This document shows, in pieces, positions 1 to 8,197 of a stretch of 24,645 nucleotides of DNA; within the stretch, counting starts at the first letter, position 1; each line of letters begins with the position of its first letter. The DNA lies in assembly GCA_913020725.1 (NCBI GenBank), contig CAJWCD010000041.1:1-24645 (forward strand). The letters run 5' to 3'. The position numbers and the translations under genes were made by a program. The notes beneath the pieces are model-generated. The model did no database searches, was not told where the DNA came from, and saw only the letters and a list, made by a program, of their open reading frames with translations. This stretch comes from an uncultured Pseudomonadota bacterium (GTDB taxonomy: Bacteria; SAR324; NAC60-12).

Positions 1-109
1 CTGAGAGTAATTCCGGAACAGTCTCAAACTCCTCCAGGAATATCTTTTCGTACTTCACAGATCTCCATAACCTCTCGATGAAGATGTTATCCATACAGCG
101 CCCTTTATC
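1..109 (-). mobile_element. IS3-family transposase fragment (rve/integrase core, region of the catalytic Glu); runs off the left edge
   Basis: Manual minus-strand translation from 109 gives DKGRCMDNIFIERLWRSVKYEKIFLEEFETVPELLS, matching the IS3-family motif (G)KGRxxDNxFIERLWRSxKYE. Similarity stops at about 109. Not in the ORF track. Confidence 0.85.
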
Positions 110-112
110 CCC

Positions 113-345
113 CGGAAAGGTACAAAAACTTATGAAATTGCGCCAATGGCAGAAAACTTGGCGCAATGTGTCGATCATATAAATCAACACAACCCCAAAC
201 CGGACGTTGTCTTGGTCACGGGAGATATTACCCATTCTGGGCAATCCGAAGAATTCACTCATGCTGCCGAATTTCTCAACCCGCTCAAAATGCCTTTTTA
301 TGTCATCCCCGGCAACCACGACGACCGGGATTTGCTGCGTTCAAT
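113..345 (+). pseudogene. Internal fragment of a CpdA/GpdQ-like metallophosphoesterase (cyclic-nucleotide/glycerophosphodiester phosphodiesterase)
   Basis: Frame of ORF 146..391 reads KTYEIAPMAENLAQCVDHINQHNPKPDVVLVTGDIT...VIPGNHDDRD, with metallophosphoesterase motifs GD and GNHD. The N-terminal DxH motif and the C-terminal half are missing. Confidence 0.8.
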
Positions 346-474
346 TCGTCCGGACAGAAACCCGATCGTGACCCAACGCCGCTTATCGTAGTCTTTGCGG
401 ATGTCCTCAAAATCCAGTCCGCGTTCTTTCAGGGGCTTGTCGCGCTTGGCGGGAGCATAGCCGATCTCCATCAT
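343..474 (-). pseudogene. brnT: Degenerate, truncated BrnT-family ribonuclease toxin (type II TA)
   Basis: Manual translation: MMEIGYAPAKRDKPLKERGLDFEDIRKDYDKRRWVTIGFLSGRI, resembling BrnT (MxIxYDPAKRxxTLxERGLDFxDA...DxRxDYGExRxxxxGxLxGR). An internal segment and the C-terminal SMRKAN motif are missing, and there is no antitoxin downstream. The frame stops at 298. Confidence 0.7.
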
Positions 475-477
475 GCG

Positions 478-506
478 ATTGTAACCCCCCGGCCATGTGG
501 TGTCAA
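478..506 (-). promoter_or_regulatory. Near-consensus sigma70 promoter for the brnT remnant (leaderless arrangement)
   Basis: Minus strand TTGACA (506-501), 17-nt spacer, TACAAT (483-478). The ATG at 471 begins 7 nt downstream of the -10 box. Confidence 0.75.
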
Positions 507-673
507 CCGAGGGGCTTTCCGGGAGGCGGTTCCACGCGGTTCCTGTTGTCGAGCAGTGCAGGAAGGCACCGCCACGGCATCTTTTGGTGGCCGTGGATTG
601 TGCTGATTTTCAACGATACTGCAAATTAGCACAACGGGTGAAAACTGCAACTTTGCGGGAATGCAAAATTCAC

Positions 674-702
674 TGGACATCTTTCTAAGAAATTCGTAAA
701 AT
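674..702 (+). promoter_or_regulatory. Putative sigma70 promoter of xsc
   Basis: TGGACA (674-679), 17-nt spacer, TAAAAT (697-702), in an AT-rich intergenic region. Confidence 0.55.
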
Positions 703-711
703 TTACTCATA

Positions 712-732
712 TTTGAGACTTGGAGTCTCAAA
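712..732. promoter_or_regulatory. Perfect palindrome, putative repressor operator upstream of xsc
   Basis: TTTGAGACT-tgg-AGTCTCAAA: 9-bp perfect inverted repeat just downstream of the predicted -10 box. Confidence 0.6.
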
Positions 733-860
733 AAGCAACTCAAGGAGGCAGTGGCCAGTGTCACATGGCTTCCGGTGAGACCTTGGTGACTGTTTTTTTC
801 CTAAAAATTCGGCAAGCCGCAACACCGATCACGAAAACCAACCTTGAAAGGAACCTTCCA

Positions 861-2630
861 ATGAAAATGACCACTGAAGAGGCATTTATCAAAGTCCTGC
901 AACGTCACGGCATCGAGCATGCGTTTGGCATCATCGGCTCGGCGTTCATGCCGATTTCCGATTATTTTCCCAAGGCCGGCATCACGTTTTGGGATGTGGC
1001 GCACGAGTGTAATGGCGGCTACATGGCGGACGGATTCACGCGCTCCACGGGCAAGATGGCAATGGTCATCGCCCAGAACGGGCCGGGCATCACCAACTTT
1101 GTCACCTGTGTCAAAACCGCCTACTGGAACCACACGCCAATGCTGCTGGTCACGCCGCAAGCGGCCAACAAGACCATCGGTCAGGGAGGCTTTCAGGAGG
1201 TCGAGCAGATGGCGGCTTTCAAGGACATGGTCGCCTATCAGGAAGAGGTGCGCGACCCCACGCGTGTGGCAGAAGTCCTGAATCGAGTGATCACCAAGGC
1301 TAGGCGCATGTCTGCTCCGGCGCAGATCAACATCCCGCGTGATCTCTGGACTCAGGTGGTTGACATTGAATTGCCCGCCATCGTCGAATTTGAACTTCCT
1401 TCCGGGGGAACTGACGCCCTTGCTGCTGCGGCTGAGCTGCTGTCCAACGCAAAATTCCCGGTGATCCTCAACGGCGCGGGTGTGGTGTTAGGTGCTGCCA
1501 TTCCAGCGTCACAAGCATTAGCAGAGCGGCTGGACGCTCCAGTGTGCTGCAACTACCAGCACAACGATGCCTTTCCGGGATCACACCCGCTCTTCGCCGG
1601 ACCGCTGGGCTACAACGGTTCCAAGGCAGGAATGGAGTTGATTCAGCAAGCAGATGTGGTGCTGGCTCTTGGCACCCGTTTGAATCCGTTCTCCACGCTG
1701 CCGGGATACAATCTGGATTACTGGCCGAAGGACGCGAAACTCATTCAGGTGGACATCAATCCGGATCGCATTGGCTTGACCAAGTCGGTTTCAGTCGGAA
1801 TCGTGGGAGACGCCAAGCGCGTTGCCGAACAGCTGCTCGAGCAACTCGCAGACCACGCGGGGAGTGCTGGACGCGCAGAACGCCGCAACTTGATTGCCAG
1901 CAAGAAATCCGCATGGGCCGAGAGCCTCGCGGCCATGGACCATGAGGATGATGACCCGGGCACCACTTGGAACGAGCGTGTGCGCCAGCGCCAGCCGGAG
2001 CACATGTCGCCCCGCAAGGCATGGCGGGCGATCATGGTAGCGCTGCCCAAGGAGGCGATCATTTCCTCGGACATTGGCAACAACTGCGCGATCGGTAACG
2101 CCTACCCGACCTTTGAAGCAGGCCGCAAGTATTTGGCTCCGGGTTTGTTTGGTCCCTGCGGATACGGGTTCCCGACCATCGTTGGCGCAAAAATCGGCAA
2201 TCCGGGCACGCCTGTGGTAGGATTTGCGGGAGACGGTGCCTTTGGGATTTCAATGAACGAGATGACCGCGATTGGTCGTGAGGAGTGGCCGGGCTTCACC
2301 ATGGTGATCTTCCGGAACTACCAATGGGGCGCAGAGAAGCGGAACTCCACGCTCTGGTACGATGACAACTTCGTCGGCACCGAGTTAGACCTGCAAGTTT
2401 CCTATGCCGACATCGCCAAAGCTTGTGGAGTCAAGGGTGTCACGGCGCGGACGATGGCAGAACTCACTGAGGTGTTGAAGACCGCCATCAAAGCGCAGAT
2501 GGAGCAAGGGGAAACCACCTTTATCGAGGTGATCCTGAATCAGGAATTGGGCGACCCCTTTCGTCGGGACGCCATGAAAACACCAGTTCCGGTTGCCGGA
2601 ATCGACAAGGCGGACATGCGTCCGCAGTAA
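861..2630 (+). CDS. xsc: Sulfoacetaldehyde acetyltransferase (ThDP-dependent)
   Basis: N-terminus MKMTTEEAFIKVLQRHGIEHAFGIIGSAFMP, ThDP motif GDGAFG...RNYQWGAEKRN and C-terminal ELGDPFRRDAM are typical of Xsc. RBS AAAGGA lies upstream of ATG 861, so the ORF-track start at 720 is over-extended. Confidence 0.95.
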   Translation: MKMTTEEAFIKVLQRHGIEHAFGIIGSAFMPISDYFPKAGITFWDVAHECNGGYMADGFTRSTGKMAMVIAQNGPGITNFVTCVKTAYWNHTPMLLVTPQAANKTIGQGGFQEVEQMAAFKDMVAYQEEVRDPTRVAEVLNRVITKARRMSAPAQINIPRDLWTQVVDIELPAIVEFELPSGGTDALAAAAELLSNAKFPVILNGAGVVLGAAIPASQALAERLDAPVCCNYQHNDAFPGSHPLFAGPLGYNGSKAGMELIQQADVVLALGTRLNPFSTLPGYNLDYWPKDAKLIQVDINPDRIGLTKSVSVGIVGDAKRVAEQLLEQLADHAGSAGRAERRNLIASKKSAWAESLAAMDHEDDDPGTTWNERVRQRQPEHMSPRKAWRAIMVALPKEAIISSDIGNNCAIGNAYPTFEAGRKYLAPGLFGPCGYGFPTIVGAKIGNPGTPVVGFAGDGAFGISMNEMTAIGREEWPGFTMVIFRNYQWGAEKRNSTLWYDDNFVGTELDLQVSYADIAKACGVKGVTARTMAELTEVLKTAIKAQMEQGETTFIEVILNQELGDPFRRDAMKTPVPVAGIDKADMRPQ

Positions 2631-2651
2631 TCTGCACCCTCACCGAGCAAT

Positions 2652-2671
2652 GCTGCCGAAACCTCGGCAGC
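2652..2671. terminator. Stem-loop between convergent xsc and rutR
   Basis: GCTGCCGA-aacc-TCGGCAGC, an 8-bp stem with no clear U-tract. Confidence 0.45.
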
Positions 2672-2677
2672 TCCTCC

Positions 2678-3349
2678 TCATGCGGGCCGCCCTGTGCTTC
2701 CGTGCAGGGCACCGATTCCCCGCAGCAAGGTTTCCGTGATGTTCTGCTTCGCTTGAGCAAATTGTTTCTCTGACAATGCTTCGTTCCCGTTGAGCGTGTT
2801 GATTTGGTGTTCAAAGTCCGCATAGTGCTGTGTGACGGCCCAGATCATGTAGAGCAGGTGGTACGGGTCCACAGGTCGAATTTTTCCCGCCTCCACTCAA
2901 CTTCGGATTTGCTCGGTGCGGTCTTGCATCCAGATTCGTAGGGTGCTTTCCAGATAATTCTGAATCATTGGTGCCCCTTGGATGATCTCGTTCGCCCACA
3001 CCTTCGACCCCTTGGGGCGCGTGCGGGAAAGCTCCATCTTGGCGTTGATGTAGCGCGTCAATGTTGGCACAGGGTCGCTCCAATCATCAGAGGTGTCTGC
3101 TGCTTCTAGCCAAACTTGAAGGATGTCGTCCAAGACCTTCCGGTAGAGGATTTCTTTGGTTGAAAAATAATAATGAATATTGGCCTTGGGGAGTCCCGCC
3201 CGGTCGGCGATTTGCTGGATGGTGGCTCCCTTGTAGCCGAATTCTGCGAAGATTCCCTCTGCCGCTGTGAGGATGCGGCGCACGTTAGCCGCACGGACTT
3301 GCGTCTTCGAGGAACTGTGACTTTGCGTGAGAGAGGTTTGGCCGTCCAT
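2678..3349 (-). pseudogene. rutR: RutR-like TetR-family regulator with an in-frame premature stop
   Basis: ORFs 2897..3349 and 2678..2896 are in one frame separated by a single TGA (2899-2897). TetR HTH (ATIQQIADRAGLPKANIHYYF), SKVWANEIIQGAP and VDPYHLLYMIWAVTQHYADF are RutR/YcdC C-terminal signatures. Confidence 0.85.
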
Positions 3350-3371
3350 TATGATTTATTGGAGAAAAGTC

Positions 3372-3387
3372 TTGACCAATTAGTCAA
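3372..3387. promoter_or_regulatory. RutR box
   Basis: TTGACCAATTAGTCAA differs from the consensus TTGACCAnnTGGTCAA at one position. The palindrome extends to 3370-3389 and lies between rutR and the divergent gene remnant. Confidence 0.8.
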
Positions 3388-3440
3388 GATTCTTGAATCC
3401 GGAACCAAGCAGAACCGCAAAACCACCAACACGAGGAACC

Positions 3441-3641
3441 ATGAAAGTCAAAGCCGGACTGATCCAGATGAGCCTCAAAGGCGACACTTCGATGTCTCCG
3501 GAGGAAATCACCTGCCTGAAGCCGAGTGACTTCAATCGCACAGTCAACGTGCTGATGACGTCCGAATCCACTCCTGTGATTTCCAAATGTCCCAAGGGCG
3601 CGTGGACTCACAAGATTTGGGAAGCCAGGCTCGCCCTCTGA
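3441..3641 (+). pseudogene. Chimeric remnant: N-terminus of a nitrilase-family beta-ureidopropionase fused to the C-terminus of an NMT1/THI5-like ABC substrate-binding protein
   Basis: RBS GAGGA then MKVKAGLIQMSLKGDTSMSPEEI (nitrilase first strand GLIQ), followed after about 3510 by LKPSDFNRTVNVLMTSESTPVISKCPKGAWTHKIWEA, resembling the RTVxxL...PVIxKxPxGAWTH ending of pyrimidine ABC binding proteins. Confidence 0.65.
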
Positions 3642-3659
3642 GGTGAGGCACTAATCACC

Positions 3660-3679
3660 GAGGCGGCGCAAGCCGCCTC
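3660..3679 (+). terminator. GC-rich hairpin after the operon remnant
   Basis: GAGGCGGC-GCAA-GCCGCCTC: 8-bp stem with a GNRA loop, no U-tract. Confidence 0.5.
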
Positions 3680-3733
3680 TCCCCACCCGTCCCATGTTCA
3701 CCAATTCCTCCGGGTTTTGGTGTGGAAAAACAC

Positions 3734-3762
3734 TTGTGAATTTGTATAGCCAAAGCTATGCT
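3734..3762 (+). promoter_or_regulatory. Possible sigma70 promoter for tig-clpP-clpX
   Basis: TTGTGA (3734-3739), 17-nt spacer, TATGCT (3757-3762). Confidence 0.35.
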
Positions 3763-3869
3763 GACCGGAGTGTTTTTTCACGCAACAGGAAGATACGCAG
3801 AGCAGCTTTCTGGCTCGATCTTGCGGATTCGCCTTTTGCGGCAACGATTTCCTGTATCCCTCGGCATTC

Positions 3870-5183
3870 ATGCAAGCCACCCTTGAAGATTTGGGGCAAC
3901 TTAAGCGCGCCTTCCAGATTGAAGTTCCTCTTGAAGAAATAAAATCCACCTACGATGCCGTGTATCAGCGGCTACGCAACACGCGCCTTAACGGTTTTCG
4001 TCCAGGCAAGTTCCCCAAGGGCTGGCTGGACAAGCGCTTCAAAATTGTGATGCAGCAGGAGGTGGAGGACACCGTCATCCCGCGCTATCTTAACCAAGCC
4101 CTGCACGATCACGAACTCTCGACTGCAACGCAGGCAAGCATTGAGGCGTTGGAATTCAATCGACGGTCTCCGCTCTCCGCCAAACTGCTTTTTGAGGTCA
4201 AACCCGATCTTGAACTTCCGGATTACACCAAGCTCAAGCTGGAGCGGCGCACCCCGGAAGAGATCACGAAGGAGGAGCTTGACAAGGAGATCGATGGTCT
4301 ACAGCAGTCCCGCTCCCGGCCCGTGGCAAAGGACAATCCTGTTGTGGAAGACGGAGATTTAGTGAGAATCGATTTCGAGGGCACCGTGGATGGAGAGAAA
4401 TTTGAAGACGGCACCAACGAAAATATTGTTTTTATCATCGGCTCGGACCGGCACCCGGAACTTCAACCTCACCTACTGGGGATGCGCTCGGAAGAAACCA
4501 AGGAAGTGGATGTGACCCTCCCGGAAGCCTTCGAGGAGGACGCAGGCAAGACCGCACACTACACACTCATCCTCAATTCCGTGGAACGCATGGAACTTCC
4601 GGAACTTGACGAGGCGTTCTTTGCCAATTGGGGGGTCAACACCGAGGAGGAGTTCCGGGAGAAGGCAAAGGCCAACCTTCAGCATTCGCGTGAGGATGAC
4701 ATCAAAGCCAGCTATCGGCTCACCCTCCGAGAACAACTGCCTGCGCTGTATGATGATTTCCCCCTTCCGGAAGCGGTGTTGGTGCAGGGAGAAACCTCCA
4801 TTGACCAGCAACTTCAGAAGGAAGAGCCGGAACTTACCGAAGCAGACAAGGCCAAGCGCAAGGAAGAAGAAATCGCCAAATTGCGGGGCGACCTCAAGCT
4901 CCAGTACCTCCTCGATTCGATTTTCCGCAAGGAGCAGGTGTTCGTTGATCCACGAGGCACAACGGAGGAATTGTACGGAGTCGCCCAAATGTTCGGTTCC
5001 AATCCGGACGAGTTCCTGAATAGCCACATCGGCGAGCGCATGTACCACCGCATCTCCGCCCGACGCGAGGGCGAGGCGGTGCTGGACCGCGTGACCGCAC
5101 GGGTGTTCGGTGATCCGGTTGAAGAAGCGCCTGTGCATCACCACGATCATAATCATGACCACGACCACGACCATGCTCATTGA
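3870..5183 (+). CDS. tig: Trigger factor with a His/Asp-rich C-terminal tail
   Basis: Ribosome-binding signature GFRPGK, FKBP-like domain ([20 protein letters not shown]), ELPELDEAF linker, position upstream of clpP-clpX. Confidence 0.93.
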   Translation: MQATLEDLGQLKRAFQIEVPLEEIKSTYDAVYQRLRNTRLNGFRPGKFPKGWLDKRFKIVMQQEVEDTVIPRYLNQALHDHELSTATQASIEALEFNRRSPLSAKLLFEVKPDLELPDYTKLKLERRTPEEITKEELDKEIDGLQQSRSRPVAKDNPVVEDGDLVRIDFEGTVDGEKFEDGTNENIVFIIGSDRHPELQPHLLGMRSEETKEVDVTLPEAFEEDAGKTAHYTLILNSVERMELPELDEAFFANWGVNTEEEFREKAKANLQHSREDDIKASYRLTLREQLPALYDDFPLPEAVLVQGETSIDQQLQKEEPELTEADKAKRKEEEIAKLRGDLKLQYLLDSIFRKEQVFVDPRGTTEELYGVAQMFGSNPDEFLNSHIGERMYHRISARREGEAVLDRVTARVFGDPVEEAPVHHHDHNHDHDHDHAH

Positions 5184-5215
5184 ACCTTTCCGGAACCTTA
5201 GCTAAAGGAGCATCC

Positions 5216-5818
5216 ATGGCGCTCATCCCAATGGTGGTGGAGCAGAACAATCGTGGTGAACGGGCCTACGACATCTACTCGCGGTTACTCAAGGATCGCA
5301 TCGTTTTTTTAGGCACCCCCGTTGACGACAATGTTGCCAACGTTATCATTGCCCAATTGCTGTTTCTTGAAGCTGAAGATCCGGATAGTGACATTTCGCT
5401 CTACCTCAACTGTCCCGGCGGCTATGTTGCGGCAGGGATGGCAGTTTACGACACGATGCAGTATCTTAAGCCTGAGATTCAGACGATTTGCGTGGGGCAG
5501 GCTGCCAGCATGGGTGCAATCTTGCTTGCTGCAGGTGAAAAGGGGAAACGCCACGCGCTCCCGCATGCGCGGGTCATGATTCACCAACTCACCGGGGGTT
5601 TTTCCGGACAGGCGGAGGACATCGACATTCAGGCCCGCGAGATTCTGCGCTTGACCGACACGCTCAACGGGATTCTCGCCCAGCACACGGGTCAGCCGAT
5701 CGAGCGCATTGCGAAAGACACCCAGCGCGACTTCTTTTTTTCGGGCGACGAAGCCCTCGATTATGGGATCATTGACGCCGTCATGTACGATCGCAAGTCC
5801 AGCAACCCTGGCGACTGA
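5216..5818 (+). CDS. clpP: ATP-dependent Clp protease proteolytic subunit
   Basis: [10 protein letters not shown]...[19 protein letters not shown], catalytic GQAASMG and RVMIHQ. RBS AAAGGAG precedes ATG 5216. Confidence 0.98.
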   Translation: MALIPMVVEQNNRGERAYDIYSRLLKDRIVFLGTPVDDNVANVIIAQLLFLEAEDPDSDISLYLNCPGGYVAAGMAVYDTMQYLKPEIQTICVGQAASMGAILLAAGEKGKRHALPHARVMIHQLTGGFSGQAEDIDIQAREILRLTDTLNGILAQHTGQPIERIAKDTQRDFFFSGDEALDYGIIDAVMYDRKSSNPGD

Positions 5819-5842
5819 TTACCGACACCACTGGAGACCACG

Positions 5843-7099
5843 ATGAGCCAGTCCAAGGACGCCCCCCTGCGCTGCTCCTTTTGCGGCAAGACCCAAGATG
5901 AAGTCAAGAAAATCATCGCGGGGCCCACGGTGTACATCTGCGACGAGTGCATTGACCTCTGCAACGACATCATGGAGGAGGAGTGGCAGAAGGACCGTGT
6001 CATTGACCTCCAGCAAGATATCCTCAAGCCCGCCGAGATCAAGCAGATTCTCGATGGTTATGTTGTAGGTCAGGATCAGGCCAAGCGGGTGTTGGCCGTT
6101 GCGGTTTACAATCACTACAAGCGCATCAACACCAACTTCGGTGACGAGGACGTGGAGTTGCAGAAGAGCAACATCCTGCTCGTCGGTCCCACCGGAACCG
6201 GCAAAACCCTGCTCGCTCAAACCCTCGCCCGCGTCCTCAACGTTCCCTTCGCGATGGCCGATGCCACCACCCTCACGGAAGCGGGCTATGTTGGCGAGGA
6301 CGTGGAGAACATCGTCCTCAAACTCTTGCAAGCGGCGGACTACGACACCGAGCGGGCTGAACAGGGCATCATCTACATTGACGAGATCGACAAGATCACG
6401 CGCAAGGCGGAGAACCCCTCGATCACCCGCGATGTGTCCGGAGAAGGCGTGCAGCAGGCACTGCTGAAAATCATTGAGGGCACCGTCGCCAACATCCCGC
6501 CCCAAGGAGGCCGCAAGCACCCGCAACAAGAGTGTGTGCAGGTGGACACCTCCAACATCCTCTTCATTTGTGGTGGCGCGTTTGTGGCGCTGGAGCAGAT
6601 CATCCAGCGACGCATCGGGAAGCAGGCCATTGGCTTTGGCGCGGACATCAAGAGCAAGAAGTTCATGAGCCATGACCTCATGGAAAAACTGGAGCCGGAA
6701 GATTTGCTCAAGTACGGGCTGATTCCGGAATTCATCGGACGGCTTCCGGTGGTGGCGACCCTGCACGACTTGGACGTGGAACACCTCGTCCAAATCCTTG
6801 TTGAACCGAAGAATGCGCTCATGCGGCAGTACCAGAAATTGATGGAACTGGAACATGTCAAACTTTCCTTCACCAAGGGTGCGATCCAAGCCATTGCCCG
6901 CGAGGCGAACAAACGCAAGACCGGGGCACGCGGATTGCGCTCAATCATGGAGCGCGTGATGCTTGATGTCATGTATGACGTTCCCTCTGATCCGGAGGTG
7001 CGCGAGTGTATCGTGGGCGAAGCGGTGATCGGCGGCAAGGAAACCCCCAAGATCATCCGGGACAAAAAACTTCAGATGCCGCAGGCCAAGGCCAGCTAA
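5843..7099 (+). CDS. clpX: ATP-dependent Clp protease ATP-binding subunit
   Basis: Zinc finger CSFCGK...CDEC, Walker [29 protein letters not shown] and IGF loop. Confidence 0.99.
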   Translation: MSQSKDAPLRCSFCGKTQDEVKKIIAGPTVYICDECIDLCNDIMEEEWQKDRVIDLQQDILKPAEIKQILDGYVVGQDQAKRVLAVAVYNHYKRINTNFGDEDVELQKSNILLVGPTGTGKTLLAQTLARVLNVPFAMADATTLTEAGYVGEDVENIVLKLLQAADYDTERAEQGIIYIDEIDKITRKAENPSITRDVSGEGVQQALLKIIEGTVANIPPQGGRKHPQQECVQVDTSNILFICGGAFVALEQIIQRRIGKQAIGFGADIKSKKFMSHDLMEKLEPEDLLKYGLIPEFIGRLPVVATLHDLDVEHLVQILVEPKNALMRQYQKLMELEHVKLSFTKGAIQAIAREANKRKTGARGLRSIMERVMLDVMYDVPSDPEVRECIVGEAVIGGKETPKIIRDKKLQMPQAKAS

Positions 7100-7196
7100 C
7101 CCTCGCATTCCGCTGACTCCAGCATTCCGCAACCCAATCCGGCTGTAGAGCGGGTTGCGCCGCGTCCTGTTCCCAACCGCCAACCATCGAACAGCA

Positions 7197-8195
7197 ATGA
7201 ACTCCCTTGACGTTTACGGCATTTGCAACCCGCTGATTGACCTGCTGTCCCATGTTCCGGAACCCTTCCTTGGTGAACGCGGATTGGAAAAGGACCGCAT
7301 GTACCTCGTGGAGTTGGAGCAGCAGCAAAGCATCCTGATAGCCCTCGCTGCGCAAAATCTGCCGATTGAGTCCGCTCCCGGAGGTTCCGGTGCGAACACG
7401 ATGATCGGCATCGCTCAACTCGGTGGACAAACAGCATTCACTGGCAAGGTTGGTCAGGACAAACACGGCGACAGCTACCGGGACGGACTGGAGGCACAAG
7501 GCGTCAAATCGTGCCTCGGCACGGGTCTAGGCACCACCGGCAGCAGTCTGATCTTGGTAGCACCAGATGCCGCTCGGACGATGAACACGCACCTCGGCAT
7601 GTGCCAGCAATTGGAGGCGGCGGACATTGACCTTGAGACACTACGCTCAGCACGCTACCTCTACGTCACAGGCTACCTCTGGGACACGGACACCCAGAAG
7701 GAAGCGGTGCGTCACGCGCTGGCGAAGGCACAGGAATTTGGCGTGCGAGTGTCGCTCAGCCTCTCCGATCCTTTTTGTGTGAACCGTCACCGTGCTGATT
7801 TTATCGAACTGCTGCGTGAGTCTGTCGATTTGGTGTTTTGCAATCAGGAGGAGGCGTTTCTGCTGCTGGACACCGAGGTGTCACAGCACGCGGTCAAGCA
7901 ACTGGGTGAGTGGGTGGAAACCGTCGTGATGACGATGGGAGGACGCGGTGCCCTGCTTTGGCATCAAGGTGAAACGATTTACGTTGATGCACTTTCGGTT
8001 TCGCTCAAAGACACCACGGGCGCGGGCGACGCCTTTGCCGCCGGATACCTCTACGGTGTCACGCACGATAAAACGCCGTTGGAAAGCGGACGTATTGCCA
8101 GTGCGCTTGCCGGAGCCGTGATCGCGCACACTGGACCTCGCTACCAAGGCAACGCACAGGCCAAAGTCCGGGAACTGGCCGGGTCTCTGCTTTAG
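7197..8195 (+). CDS. PfkB-family carbohydrate/nucleoside kinase (adenosine kinase-like)
   Basis: DVYGICNPLID N-terminus, PGGSGANT, RTMNTHLG and PfkB signature DTTGAGDAFAAG. ATG 7197 is the likely start. Confidence 0.88.
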   Translation: MNSLDVYGICNPLIDLLSHVPEPFLGERGLEKDRMYLVELEQQQSILIALAAQNLPIESAPGGSGANTMIGIAQLGGQTAFTGKVGQDKHGDSYRDGLEAQGVKSCLGTGLGTTGSSLILVAPDAARTMNTHLGMCQQLEAADIDLETLRSARYLYVTGYLWDTDTQKEAVRHALAKAQEFGVRVSLSLSDPFCVNRHRADFIELLRESVDLVFCNQEEAFLLLDTEVSQHAVKQLGEWVETVVMTMGGRGALLWHQGETIYVDALSVSLKDTTGAGDAFAAGYLYGVTHDKTPLESGRIASALAGAVIAHTGPRYQGNAQAKVRELAGSLL

Positions 8196-8197
8196 AC

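Noticed and set aside
572..597. Imperfect hairpin CCACGGC...GCCGTGG upstream of the xsc promoter
   Set aside because: Short GC-rich stem with no associated gene end or U-tract; could arise by chance.
673..682. TauR-type CTGGAC direct-repeat site
   Set aside because: Only one partial copy is present and it coincides with the predicted -35 box.
720..860. 47-aa N-terminal extension of Xsc in the ORF track
   Set aside because: Family similarity and the RBS point to ATG 861; the extension overlaps the predicted operator and leader.
2897..2899. TGA recoding as Trp (alternative genetic code) or selenocysteine in rutR
   Set aside because: tig, clpP and several ABC genes end correctly at TGA, TGG is used for Trp throughout, and the position is not a Cys-equivalent site.
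3690..3869. tRNA-Leu, often found upstream of tig
   Set aside because: No cloverleaf or T-loop GTTCRA motif is visible.
5819..6889. 356-aa minus-strand ORF opposite clpX (and similar ones opposite tig, panE, the binding protein, hyuA and sdhA)
   Set aside because: Antisense shadow ORFs with no independent coding evidence.
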